The notes under the pieces were generated by a model. That model worked only from the letters and a program-made list of their open reading frames with translations. It made no database searches and was not told the DNA's origin. The position numbers and the translations under genes were made by a program. DNA of 63,222 nt, counting the filler, from Octopus bimaculoides (taxonomy: Eukaryota), in NCBI RefSeq assembly GCF_001194135.2. It is 8 parts of 8 records of this genome, joined end to end, with 100 filler letters (N's around TTAATTAATTAA, not from the genome) between each part and the next. Parts side by side here need not be neighbours in the genome. Positions count along the whole stretch, not along the records: positions 38,800 to 46,418 come from NC_068991.1; positions 46,519 to 54,728 come from NC_068990.1; 6 more parts are not named here. One strand, written 5' to 3'. Below are positions 41,024 to 53,670 of the stretch, in pieces (the stretch's first letter is position 1; each line of letters begins with the position of its first letter).

Positions 41024-41900
41024 CGAGGTCTGATCAATAAGTATACGGACTGTTGCCATAGTAACGAAGCTAAAGTACGCAGAATAAAGCCGCTTGACAA
41101 AACTTGATCTTCACATCTGCTGTGCATGTGCACTATGTTTTGACGTTCTAGCTCAATTCCATTGTTTACAGTAGTGCTTGGAAGGAAGGTGTGTAGAATG
41201 TGATCGACGCATTGATCATGACAGAGAAAGTTGTCATGCCGATACCTGCTCAAAGGACTGCGCAAAGTTGCAGAAATTTTATGGAGAGAAGTGTATGAGT
41301 CGTACACAAGAGCCGTTCCCAAGATGGTCGAAAAAATGTTGATATTGACGAACGTTCTGGGAAGCTCACAACCAGCAGAACTGAGGAAAACAGCGCAGAT
41401 GTGCCTTGCAGCTGTGAGGGGGAAATCTTCGAATCAGCATCTGTGAGTTATCAGGGGATGTGCAGATTAGTTACGGTTCAGTCCATTATCACTTATGATT
41501 TGGGAATGAGACGCGTGTCTGCCAAGTTTGAGCCAAAACTGCTTTCAGCTAACCAAAAAGACACTCGGGTTTCAGTTGCACAAGATCTCCCTGATTGAGT
41601 CGAGAACGATGAGAACTTTTTGAAAACTTTGTGTAGGTCACTTAGCAGGTATCACTAAGCTTTTGGGAAAATATCATGCAGAGTCTCTGCTCAACTTTCT
41701 CCGTCATGTTTAATGCGACAATCACACGCTATACACATTTCTTCCAAGCACTGCTGAAACAGCGGAACTGAGCTAGAATGTTAAAACTTATTGCGCATGC
41801 ATAGCAAAACTGACAGTCAATCAGTGCCAAGCAGCTTCACTCTGCATACTTTAGCTTCGTTACTATATCAACAGTCTGGATACTTACTGATCAGATGACG
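41024..41900 (+). mobile_element. Non-autonomous mariner derivative with two 5' ends (long inverted repeats), TA target duplication
   Basis: TA|cgaggtctgatcaataagtat ... atacttactgatcagatgacg|TA. The left arm runs into transposase N-terminus remnants (MTEKV..., MRRVSAKFEPKLLSANQK..RVSVAQDL...ENDENFLK). The right ~270 bp is the reverse complement of the left end, including the start codon region. Confidence 0.85.
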
Positions 41901-42053
41901 TATATAAATATATGTAAAGTGATAAACTATAGGTCTTCTATAGAATTCAGAGCAGTGTAAGTTAAGACCTTTTGTAAACATAATATACATATATATATAT
42001 ATATAGATGTGCATATATATATATATATACATACATATACATACACACACACA

Positions 42054-42120
<67 letters not shown>

Positions 42121-43640
42121 GATGGGCTTCTTTCAGTTTACGCCGTGTACAAAATAAATCCACAAGCCTTTCCTCGGTCAGCGGCTATTGCAAGAGACAT
42201 TTGGCCAAGATGACTCGCAGTGGGACTGAACTCAGAAGCTTGTGATTGGGAAGTAAACTTCTTGCCGCACAGGCACGACTGCGTCTATATACACATACAT
42301 ACATGCAAACTTACGTGCATGCATGCACGCACGCACGCTTGCACACACATACACACATGTATCTAAATAAGTACAAAAATATTTGTTTGTATATATATAT
42401 ATATATATACATATNNNNNNNNNNNNNNNNNNNNNNNNNNNNNNNNNNNNNNNNNNNNNNNNNNNNNNNNNNNNNNNNNNNNNNNNNNNNNNNNNNNNNN
42501 NNNNNNNNNNNNNNNNNNNNNNNNNNNNNNNNNNNNNNNNNNNNNNNNNNNNNNNNNNNNNNNNNNNNNNNNNNNNNNNNNNNNNNNNNNNNNNNNNNNN
42601 NNNNNNNNNNNNNNNNNNNNNNNNNNNNNNNNNNNNNNNNNNNNNNNNNNNNNNNNNNNNNNNNNNNNNNNNNNNNNNNNNNNNNNNNNNNNNNNNNNNN
42701 NNNNNNNNNNNNNNNNNNNNNNNNNNNNNNNNNNNNNNNNNNNNNNNNNNNNNNNNNNNNNNNNNNNNNNCATACATACATGCAAACTTACGTGCATGCA
42801 TGCACGCACGCACGCTTGCACACACATACACACATGTATCTAAATAAGTACAAAAATATTTGTTTGTATATATATATATATATATACATATATGTTTGTG
42901 TGGAAGTATATGATATATGTAAGTATGAATATAGATGCCTACATATGTATATATAAGTATATACGTATAAATGTGTGTGTTTGTGTGTGTGTGCATGTAT
43001 ATATATATGTATGTATATTTGTGTGTGTGAGTATAAACATAAATACTTAAGTGTCAGCCAACTCCCAACCCTTCCAAAACAAGAAAAAAAAGGGAGATAT
43101 TTTAAGTGTAGTTAAGAGTACTAACGTTCTGCTGCCGACATGTAATAATATAATCCAACAATGACAGACTTTCTGGTATTAGGACAAGAGATTGCTGTTG
43201 CTGTTGTTGTTGTTGCTGTTGTGCTGAACAAACAGAAGGCTATATCAACAACGTCAACAATAATACTACCAAGAAAAACAAATCATTATAATCTAAGCCT
43301 TCATCATCAAGGACATGAAAAACAACTTTTTTTTTTTCAAGAACTACAACAGATATATACGAGAAAGATAAACAATTAATCGAAATTATAAGTGATTATT
43401 GAAAATATTTTTTCTACTCAGAGATATATATATATATATACATAGTCTGTGGTAAATGTAATACATTTCTGGAGTTGTTTTGACGTATGTTAGGACAGGA
43501 GAAATTGGCAGACGATTTTAGTAGGCAGACGACAGATTGAAATAAATAAAAAAAGATACCTACAAATGAAGGTACTGTAAGAAAATTACAATTAGAAAGA
43601 GTCCAGTTTAAAAATAAAATGGAGGGAAATTGTTAGGTGA

Positions 43641-43679
<39 letters not shown>

Positions 43680-44164
43680 NNNNNNNNNNNNNNNNNNNNN
43701 NNNNNNNNNNNNNNNNNNNNNNNNNNNNNNNNNNNNNNNNNNNNNNNNNNNNNNNNNNNNNNNNNNNNNNNNNNNNNNNNNNNNNNNNNNNNNNNNNNNN
43801 NNNNNNNNNNNNNNNNNNNNNNNNNNNNNNNNNNNNNNNNNNNNNNNNNNNNNNNNNNNNNNNNNNNNNNNNNNNNNNNNNNNNNNNNNNNNNNNNNNNN
43901 NNNNNNNNNNNNNNNNNNNNNNNNNNNNNNNNNNNNNNNNNNNNNNNNNNNNNNNNNNNNNNNNNNNNNNNNNNNNNNNNNNNNNNNNNNNNNNNNNNNN
44001 NNNNNNNNNNNNNNNNNNNNNNNNNNNNNNNNNNNNNNNNNNNNNNNNNNNNNNNNNNNNNNNNNNNNNNNNNNNNNNNNNNNNNNNNNNNNNNNNNNNN
44101 NNNNNNNNNNNNNNNNNNNNNNNNNNNNNNNNNNNNNNNNNNNNNNNNNNNNNNNNNNNNNNNN

Positions 44165-44209
<45 letters not shown>

Positions 44210-44267
44210 TACAATATATACATATATATATACACACACAAACACACACACATACACGCACATACAC

Positions 44268-44323
<56 letters not shown>

Positions 44324-45879
44324 GTATATCATTACATACATAAGCACTCAATAAGAATTGAAATGAGAATATGAATACGACAAAAAGAAAATGATGTGTT
44401 GGGAAATAATAATGAAGATTACTGTTGCCAGTTGCAAAAACATTCACTAGCACCATAACAACAGAAAGAAAACAAGAGTAAAACAGGGACAAATATTATA
44501 ATGAGTGATTTATGAGAAATACGAAAAGAGAAAATGGCGGATTAGTGAAAAACAAACGAAAGGCGAAAAGGAATAAAGAAGTTTACTGGAGAAGTAGGAA
44601 AGACCGAGTGGGATAAATAAGCGGCAGAGGGAAAGAAAGATAGAGGCGGAAAAGTTTGTGAGAAAGGTAAGGAGAGAATGGGGCGAGAGGGGAAAACGGC
44701 GGGGAGAGAGAGATTGAGAGAAAGAGAGGAAGAGAGGGAGAAATGAATGAGTAAAAGTGAAAAATAGATGGAAATAGAAATTAGCGTCATACTCTTTTAC
44801 TCTTTGCAGCCATGCGGCCGTGGTCATGCTGGAGCATTCACTTAATTCATTAGACAGCACCCAGGCTGGGGCAAAACATTGAAGGGTCTTAGTCGAATAA
44901 AACGATCCCACTACTGGTACGTATTCTGCCGCTAGCTTTCGCTGAACTGCAAATGTTACGGGGGATGTAAACAAACCAACAGTGTGTCAAGTGGCGTTAG
45001 TGGNNNNNNNNNNNNNNNNNNNNNNNNNNNNNNNNNNNNNNNNNNNNNNNNNNNNNNNNNNNNNNNNNNNNNNNNNNNNNNNNNNNNNNNNNNNNNNNNN
45101 NNNNNNNNNNNNNNNNNNNNNNNNNNNNNNNNNNNNNNNNNNNNNNNNNNNNNNNNNNNNNNNNNNNNNNNNNNNNNNNNNNNNNNNNNNNNNNNNNNNN
45201 NNNNNNNNNNNNNNNNNNNNNNNNNNNNNNNNNNNNNNNNNNNNNNNNNNNNNNNNNNNNNNNNNNNNNNNNNNNNNNNNNNNNNNNNNNNNNNNNNNNN
45301 NNNNNNNNNNNNNNNNNNNNNNNNNNNNNNNNNNNNNNNNNNNNNNNNNNNNNNNNNNNNNNNNNNNNNNNNNNNNNNNNNNNNNNNNNNNNNNNNNNNN
45401 NNNNNNNNNNNNNNNNNNNNNNNNNNNNNNNNNNNNNNNNNNNNNNNNNNNNNNNNNNNNNNNNNNNNNNNNNNNNNNNNNNNNNNNTATATATATATAC
45501 ACACACACACACATATACACCTACATTTATATGTGTGTGTGTGTGGCAAAAAGTTGAAATTATTACTATCATTATTATTACCATTTTTTAAATTATTATT
45601 ATTATTATTATTATTGAAAGTTGGCTGAAAGTTGCAAGAATGGCAAGAGTGGATGGTACCTCTCTAAGTGTAGACCTGTGAATCAGAGAGAAAGAACTGG
45701 AGAGGACGCTTGCTCTTTGTCAGTGCTCCGCAACCATTTTTCACTTGCGGCACACTTATATTCTTTTCAAAATCCGGTGGCACTCCCGAACTAAAAATAT
45801 AACTAAAAATGTAGGGAAAAAAATTATATTCAGGTTACACTGCGGCACACCTAGCATCGTCTCTTGTTACACGGGATGC

Positions 45880-46304
45880 AAACGGGATGCAAACAACTCG
45901 CACATGCAAGTGCTACCAGTCGAGAACTCCACATACCAGAAGCCAGCAAGTGTATGTAATCATCAGGAGAAAATGCGCGCCGTTTCGGGGCCTACTTCTC
46001 GACAGCATCAATGCGCACCGGCCCCCTCACTTATATGAGTCCCCGCTTGCTAGATCAACTGGTTATTAAAAAAAGTTCAGTATTCTTCTAGCCATCGCTC
46101 ATCGTCTCTTTTTAACCAAATCCAGTGGCTAGCCTTCTCCACTGTAGTTTGGATGTCACTCATGGTGGTATTTACTTTACGATGAGTTAAGCCTAACGAT
46201 AACAGCAGTCGTCTCACACTGTGTCCAACAAACCCTCTACATCCAACTTCGATTGGAAAATGCTCCGCTTTCCAACCTGCGTCTTCACATTTCTCGAAGA
46301 AGTA
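45880..46304 (-). mobile_element. Hero-clade (RLE-bearing non-LTR) retrotransposon 3' fragment with 3' UTR
   Basis: Stop-free FFEKCEDAGWKAEHFPIEVGCRGFVGHSVRRLL...VEKASHWIWLKRDDERW. PIEVGCRGF and EKASxWxWxKR are typical of the Hero C-terminus (recalled). Followed by accagttgat...ccccgaaac UTR. Confidence 0.8.
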
Positions 46305-46398
46305 TGTTGGCACTCCGTCGCTTACGACGTCGAGGGCTCCAGTTGATCCGATCAACGGAATAGCCTGCTCGTGAAATTAACGTGCAAGTGGCTGAGCA
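46305..46398 (-). mobile_element. SINE family C 3' end abutting the Hero fragment
   Basis: tgttggcactccgtcgcttacgacgtcgagggctccagttgatccgatcaacgg matches 12860-12970; truncated by the gap. Confidence 0.85.
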
Positions 46399-46557
46399 CT
46401 CCACAGACATGTGTACCCNNNNNNNNNNNNNNNNNNNNNNNNNNNNNNNNNNNNNNNNNNNNTTAATTAATTAANNNNNNNNNNNNNNNNNNNNNNNNNN
46501 NNNNNNNNNNNNNNNNNNTTTTTTTTTTTTTTTTTTTTTTTTTTGTTTATATATTAG

Positions 46558-46766
46558 GAAACGACGACAGTTATTATTGAAAATGAGGCCGTCAACGTTG
46601 ATGGCACTGTGCAATCAGGAGAAGAAAATAATCCAATTCAAGATAACGATATGGCGATACAATCAGAGAATGAGGCAAATGACGTTCAGACCCAAAATAT
46701 TCCGGATGAAAATGAAAGGGAAGTGAGGGTTAAATCACCAGCAAGAACAGCATCAGAGAGAGAGAG
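46558..46766 (+). CDS. MFS transporter (oxalate:formate antiporter-like), internal exon A: central cytoplasmic loop
   Basis: Poly-T tract then tattag| acceptor, 209-nt stop-free frame ETTTVIIENEAVNVDGTVQSGEENNPIQDNDMAIQSENEANDVQTQNIPDENEREVRVKSPARTASERE+AG, donor |gtattt. Ends in phase 2, matching the next exon. An acidic/polar loop just before TM7 is expected in a 12-TM MFS protein. Confidence 0.75.
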
Positions 46767-47804
46767 GTATTTACACGTATAATATATGCATGCAACCATA
46801 TATATGTACTTTCATAGTTGCATACAAACATACATACATACATGCATATATATTTGAATATAAGCAACAAAAATTCAATAGGTTATAGCAGTACGTACGT
46901 TTATTCATGTAGTGAGAACACGACAGAATGTACAATGAAAATGTACTCCTCCGTTGCATAATGGAATTTCATTTTAGAAAGTCATTTTGAAGATGTTTGC
47001 AAAAAACAAGAGTAAGAGAAGAAAACATACCATCTCGACTATGCTGCTGTTCCATGTATACATGTATGTATGTATATATATATATATATATNNNNNNNNN
47101 NNNNNNNNNNNNNNNNNNNNNNNNNNNNNNNNNNNNNNNNNNNNNNNNNNNNNNNNNNNNNNNNNNNNNNNNNNNNNNNNNNNNNNNNNNNNNNNNNNNN
47201 NNNNNNNNNNNNNNNNNNNNNNNNNNNNNNNNNNNNNNNNNNNNNNNNNNNNNNNNNNNNNNNNNNNNNNNNNNNNNNNNNNNNNNNNNNNNNNNNNNNN
47301 NNNNNNNNNNNNNNNNNNNNNNNNNNNNNNNNNNNNNNNNNNNNNNNNNNNNNNNNNNNNNNNNNNNNNNNNNNNNNNNNNNNNNNNNNNNNNNNNNNNN
47401 NNNNNNNNNNNNNNNNNNNNNNNNNNNNNNNNNNNNNNNNNNNNNNNNNNNNNNNNNNNNNNNNNNNNNNNNNNNNNNNNNNNNNNNNNNNNNNNNNNNN
47501 NNNNNNNNNNNNNNNNNNNNNNNNNNNNNNNNNNNNNNNNNNNNNNNNNNNNNNNNNNNNNNNNNNNNNNNNNNNNNNNNNNNNNNNNNNNNNNNNNNNN
47601 NNNNNNNNNNNNNNNNNNNNNNNNNNNNNNNNNNNNNNNNNNNNNNNNNNNNNNNNNNNNNNNNNNNNNNNNNNNNNNNNNNNNNNNNNNNNNNNNNNNN
47701 NNNNNNNNNNNNNNNNNNNNNNNNNNNNNNNNNNNNNNNNNNNNNNNNNNNNNNNNNNNATATATATATATATATATATATATACCAATATATTTTTATT
47801 CTAG

Positions 47805-47925
47805 TGAATCTGAAGAAGATTATTTTACTCCTTTCCAAATGGTAAAGACGAAGCAGTTTTACCTTTTATGGTTATTAACCTTCATTCTGAGCATGCAGTA
47901 TACAACGATAGTAGGTGTTTATAAG
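47805..47925 (+). CDS. MFS transporter (OFA-like), exon B: loop end plus TM7
   Basis: tttttattctag| acceptor, 121 nt (1+40 codons) (S)ESEEDYFTPFQMVKTKQFYLLWLLTFILSMQYTTIVGVYK, donor |gtatgc. TPxQMxKTKxFYxLW is the typical start of the C-terminal MFS domain in this family. Confidence 0.9.
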
Positions 47926-48436
47926 GTATGCATACATTTATCCTTCTACAATTTCACTTTGTCTTGTTTTTTTTGTTTTGTTTTTTTCATGTTCAGAATT
48001 ATCGTATTAGAGATGACCTAATGCTTTTTAATACTGAGTGTCGGCCACGTTAAGCCTTCGTTCCCAACGAAATGTGTGTGTGTGTGTAATTACGGACTCT
48101 CTTGTCGAAGACGACGTATAAGAGTTCACCTTGTTGATCGACCTTCGCAAATGATTTTTTTTTAACAGTGAACAAATGTATGTGTTACACATTAGCACGC
48201 TCCTTCTATCCAATTAACGTTGCCTGAACAGGTGTGCCATGCGCAAAGCGTCACGCATTGAAGTGATAGCAGTGCAACGTGAGTTTAAGTGTTTTTCTGA
48301 AGAACATACTACGCTACCCGGTCTAGGAATTGAAACCCCGATCTCTATATATATATGTATATATACACACACACACACACACATGCACACACACATATGT
48401 AAACATATATTTATATTCACGTACTATACGTACATA

Positions 48437-48952
48437 TACTCTTTACTCTTTTATTTGTTTCAGTCATTTCACTGCGGCCATGCTGGAGCACCGCCTTTAG
48501 TCGAGTAAATCGAAACCAATACTTATTCTTTGGAAGCGTTGTACTTATTCTATCGGTCTGTTTTGCCGAACCGCTAGGTTAAGGGGACGTAAACACACCN
48601 NNNNNNNNNNNNNNNNNNNNNNNNNNNNNNNNNNNNNNNNNNNNNNNNNNNNNNNNNNNNNNNNNNNNNNNNNNNNNNNNNNNNNNNNNNNNNNNNNNNN
48701 NNNNNNNNNNNNNNNNNNNNNNNNNNNNNNNNNNNNNNNNNNNNNNNNNNNNNNNNNNNNNNNNNNNNNNNNNATATATATATATATACGACGGGCTTCT
48801 TTCAGTTTCCGTCTACGAAGTCCACTCAGAAGTCTTTGGTCGGGCCGAAGCTATAGTAGAAGACACTTGCCCAAGGTGTCACGCAGTGGGAATGAACCCG
48901 GAACTATGTGGTTGGTAAGCAAGCTACTTACCACACAACCACTTCTGCGCCA
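48437..48952 (-). mobile_element. SINE family A, full-length young copy spanning a gap (intron of the MFS gene)
   Basis: Tail tactctttactctttta..gcggccatgctggagcaccgcctttagtcgag and head ...gcaagctacttaccacacaaccacttctgcgcc. Confidence 0.9.
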
Positions 48953-50111
48953 CATGTGTAAGGCTGTTGAAAGATTAATCTGGCTTAGAAATTTGTGCGG
49001 ATTTATTTTCATTTAGAGGTGCATGTACATGTTTTTTCTAATACCCACATCTGCATATATCCATAGTATCAAAATAACATGTCATTAATGACAACCAATC
49101 TTGAAATCGAATAGGAGATATATCTACAACATAGTACAAAAAATATTCTTCTCCCTCAATCGCAAAGGTTAAATTTTCTAAATAATAATCAAACAACAAG
49201 GACAACTTAATCCTAGTTCGAAATATGTTAACCAACTAACCAATGCATCTATCAACTTCCTTTTGTAAAACTTAAACTACAAGATGAACAAATTTCTATA
49301 TTAAAATCACCATGCCCTAAAGCTAACGAACCTAAATAAACATATGCTAGATTGAGCTCTGAACAAGAATTTCCACTTTCCGAAAACAAAGAGGTTAAAT
49401 CTCTTAAACTGTGTTCAAATAACATCAACAGCAATGAAAGAAATCTACTGACCATCTAACCTTTTCATCTACTTACATGTTTTGGTGAACTCTTAAAACT
49501 CAAAGTAACTAAGTTTCTATACTAAGAAGCCTATGACCTAAGCTGGCACTAAATAAATACTTTATTACAAGATTTTACACCCTGGACTGAACTATGAGCA
49601 TTAACATTCACCTTTTAAATGGTTAATATTCTAAATTGTATCAAACTAATATTTTCATTAACCTTGATTCTTTCAGAACAATAAAAGCAACCCCAATACC
49701 TGAACCTGAAAGACCTAAATTCATAGATCCAGTTACGAAGTTTTAAAATCATGATTAAACTCTGAACGATAACACAACTCCAACTTTAATCAATAGAATC
49801 CTCTATAATATCTTTCCAACATAACTTACCCTACACATTAATTACGTTCAACGTGATCCCACCTACTCTAGGAAAAATAAACTTATCAGAGAATATATAA
49901 AGCAAACCAAAACTCAAATGAACCTGGTCTCGAATGAACCAGGTTGAAACTTCAAAGACTTTCTGCAGCATTCTCGAAAAAGAATAATGATATATTGTCA
50001 ACAAAAATTATTGAGTGATCCTTCAGTTTAATATAAAATTATATTTATTATAACTTGATGCAAACTCACACACATAAACATATGCACACACATACATACA
50101 TATATATATAA

Positions 50112-50141
<30 letters not shown>

Positions 50142-50142
<1 letters not shown>

Positions 50143-50615
50143 CTCTTTTACTTGTTTCAGTCTTTTGACTGCGGCCATGCTGGAGCACCGCCTTTAGTCG
50201 AAGAAATCGACCCCAGGACTTATTCTTTGGAAGCCTAGTACTTATTCTATCGGTCTCTTTTGCCGAACCACTATGTTACGGGGACATAAACACACCAGCA
50301 TCGGTTGTCAAGCGATGTTGGGGGGACAAACACAGACATACAAACACACACACACACATACACATATATATACACATATACGACGGGCTTCTTTCAGTTT
50401 CCGTCTACCAAATCCACTCACAAAGCATTGGTCGGCCCGAGGCTATAGTAGAAGGCACTTGCCCAAGATGCCACGCAGTGGGACTGAACCNNNNNNNNNN
50501 NNNNNNNNNNNNNNNNNNNNNNNNNNNNNNNNNNNNNNNNNNNNNNNNNNNNNNNNNNNNNNNNNNNNNNNNNNNNNNNNNNNNNNNNNNNNNNNNNNNN
50601 NNNNNNNACTCCTAC
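50142..50615 (-). mobile_element. SINE family A, full-length young copy (intron of the MFS gene)
   Basis: Near-identical to the 58050-58404 (+) and 61720-61980 (-) copies. Confidence 0.92.
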
Positions 50616-50621
50616 GCCTAT

Positions 50622-50719
<98 letters not shown>

Positions 50720-50836
50720 TACACGTGTATAAACATGTGTGTGTATTTATATATTCAAATATGCAAAATTACACACATCCATGCAGATAGATTAACAGAT
50801 GATTATTCAAGAAAAAATGTTTGAATTTTTCCTCAG

Positions 50837-50959
50837 GTCTATGGATTGACGTTCATCTCAGATGATAACTTCCTTACCGTTCTTGGTTCTGCTTGTGCAG
50901 TTGGCAATGCCGTCGCGAAAATGAGCTGGGGACTCATATGTGATAAATTATTATTTAAG
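50837..50959 (+). CDS. MFS transporter (OFA-like), exon C: TM8 and motif-A-like loop
   Basis: tttttcctcag| acceptor, 123 nt VYGLTFISDDNFLTVLGSACAVGNAVAKMSWGLICDKLLFK, donor |gtaaga, phase 0/0. Matches the YGxTFIxDDxFL...WGxxxDK pattern of metazoan OFA-like transporters (recalled family pattern). Confidence 0.93.
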
Positions 50960-51908
50960 GTAAGAAGAAATCTGATCGGTTCCTTTTTTTCCTCATGTGT
51001 ACGCATATTGTTGTCAAATATTACACACACACATACACACACAAATAACAAATATATGTATATATTGTATCTGGAGAGATACAAAATCGAAATATATATA
51101 AAACACGTGTGTATGAATTACACACAGAGAGGAGAACCAATAAGTGGTCTCCTTATAAGCAGAAAAGAGATGTCAAATCCCCAAACCATGAAAAATACAT
51201 TCTTATTAATAGCACGTTGGATGTAGGCAGGCTAGACAATTTGAAAAAGTAAAAAGGCCAGTTATTTCTATACTCCAAAATTTCACCATTTATTAATTAA
51301 ATAAATTAATTATCTGTGAATCATGAGTAGAAACTGTTAGAAACGTATAACTATAAAACTCAAATACGTACCATATGCCAAGTGATGCACGTGCATATCG
51401 AGTGTTATCGTTATACGTCGAGAATTCAATTCAAATGTCCTTAACGAACGCGCCAAGCCAGAATAAAGCAGCAGTGAATAAAAAAAATCACAGTGAATTA
51501 TATGACTCAAGAATTAAAATATTTAAATATAAATATATAAACGATAAAAGTTATTAAAAATGATAGTTTATACCAGTGGTCAGCATGCGTAAAAAATGTC
51601 CGTAGACCATAAATATTTTAATAATATATACGTGTCTATCAATTACACAAAGAGGAGAACCACTAAGTGGTCTCTTTACATACGGGAATTACGCAGTATA
51701 AGCATCTCTAGAGAAAAATCCTTATCAAGATGATATAGACAACTTATATGCATCGTTGAAAGTCCAGATGTTGCAGTCTCTATTAGAGAATAATTTTTTT
51801 TAATGCTTATTTGCTAAATAAACAATATGTTTCATAGGCAGACGAAACGAAATCGCCCTGTATGTGACTGACGGATCCACATTTCGCTGCATTTGCGATT
51901 TGTCGATG

Positions 51909-52007
<99 letters not shown>

Positions 52008-52656
52008 ACTAAAGACTATTTGCCAGTCTGGTGTATCAGACTCTATAGGCGGGCATGGAGGTAGTGGCTGGGAGTCAAAATAAAAGGATGCATATGGCGG
52101 TGCATGCTCTAGCCACGTTACTGCTAAAATGACAGTATGCTTGAGACTGAAGAATCTTCCATATTAGGTTTGATCGATTAAATGTGATCTGGGACTAAAG
52201 GCAATGAAGTAAAAGCTTAGAAGAAACTCTTACACTCTTGCTCAGACATACATTTTGCTTTAGTTTGGAAGCTTTTATCATACTGTAAATGCCAGTTTTT
52301 AATTATGCCGCTTGTAGTATATATGTTTCAGGTAATATACTATCCGCTGCACTAGCTAATACTGATCAATCATTTAATTTTTTTTTTCTTTGAGTATAAA
52401 TGCAAACTCTGGAATTGAAGTATATTCCGTTTTAGGAACGATTCTACTTGAGTCCTTCCACGGCAACCAATGTAGGACTGTATGTATTTACTTAATGATT
52501 TTCTCTTTCCACTACTTGGTCAAAGTCGTTGTCGTCTATGCTTCACCGAAAAGATCCTTATAATATTTATTGTAACAATGTACCTATATTGTCATAATGC
52601 ATATTTTTGGCTTGAAAAAGAAAGTCTTTTCAACGTATATCATTTTTCTTTAACAG

Positions 52657-52866
52657 GATTCCACCATACTTCTGTGTTTATCTGTAGCCCTTTTGTATCT
52701 CCTCCTCAATGTTTCATCAATGGTCGGACGATACTTTTACTTTTTTATTGCATTACTGACGTATGTTGTTCCGGGTGGGATATACGTTGTAATGCCTTTT
52801 ATAATCAGTAAGAGTTATGGTATCAAGTACTACGCAAGTAACTGCGGAACTGTGTATACGTCACTG
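52657..52866 (+). CDS. MFS transporter (OFA-like), exon D: TM9, TM10 and start of TM11
   Basis: tttttctttaacag| acceptor, 210 nt DSTILLCLSVALLYLLLNVSSMVGRYFYFFIALLTYVVPGGIYVVMPFIISKSYGIKYYASNCGTVYTSL, donor |gtaagt, phase 0/0. GxxxxxP...SxGxKYYxxNxGxVxTS is characteristic. Confidence 0.93.
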
Positions 52867-52997
52867 GTAAGTTTGAGTTAGATTTTCTATCTGGAGCTTC
52901 TCATTTGGTGGAAGCTGCTGTTTTGTTGTTTTGTGAATCACTGGTGACTCACTCGTAATGCCTGACCATGTATCTTGCTATTAGATTTCGAATCATC

Positions 52998-53001
52998 CAG
53001 C

Positions 53002-53073
<72 letters not shown>

Positions 53074-53360
53074 CATCATTATTGACTAAGAGAGCAGTGC
53101 ATGCCATCACAGTGACACTGGGGTAAAATATACGAAGCCCGGTATACCCGTCATGGTTATCCGTCTGATAAGAGTACACCAAGCACATGCATCACAACCA
53201 TATGTGCGTGACTTGGTGATCTCATATTAAGATAAACAGTGACTAGCTGATCCCGCTCAATAGGTCCCCGAAAAGGTTTGTTTAAGGATGTTGAATGAAA
53301 CAGCCATATTTCAAAAGGTGAATTATCCTTCCCTACCAAAAGAATTCCTCTCAACACACG
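52998..53360 (-). mobile_element. Retroelement 3' segment with (TAA)n tail (same family as 13192-13590)
   Basis: Reverse-complement similarity to 13192-13590, with an internal deletion. Confidence 0.7.
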
Positions 53361-53361
53361 G

Positions 53362-53582
53362 CTAGGCGGCGTGTTGGCTGAATTGTTAGCATGCCGGGCA
53401 GAATGCTTGGTGGCACTTCGACCGTTTTTATGTTCTGAGTTCAAAGTCCACGGAGGTCGACTTTACCTTTCATCATTTCGCGGTCAATTAAATAAGTACC
53501 AGTGAAACACTAAGGTCGATGTAATTGGTTGGTCTCCTCCCCCCAAATTTCAGGCCTTGTGCTTATTGTAGAAAGGATTATT
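53362..53582 (+). mobile_element. SINE family B copy, ending ~90 bp upstream of exon E
   Basis: ttggctgaattgttagcatgccgggcagaatgctt...ttctgagttcaaagtccacggaggtcgactttacctttcatcatttcgcggtc. Confidence 0.85.
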
Positions 53583-53670
53583 GCTATTGTTGTTGTTGTT
53601 GTTATATCTTAATTACCAACATATACATAAATGTAACCTTAATGTGAATCGCTTCCATTTTATTTTATAG

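Noticed and set aside
42290-42890. ~120-bp identical direct repeat either side of a gap (similar case at 56720-56945)
   Set aside because: Exact duplication flanking an N run indicates unmerged overlapping contig ends or haplotypes.
45955-46010. GAAAC ... CTGATGA on the - strand in the Hero 3' UTR as a type II hammerhead
   Set aside because: Only ~16 nt separate the boxes, too short for stems III and I plus a cleavage triplet, and no stem II complement is present.
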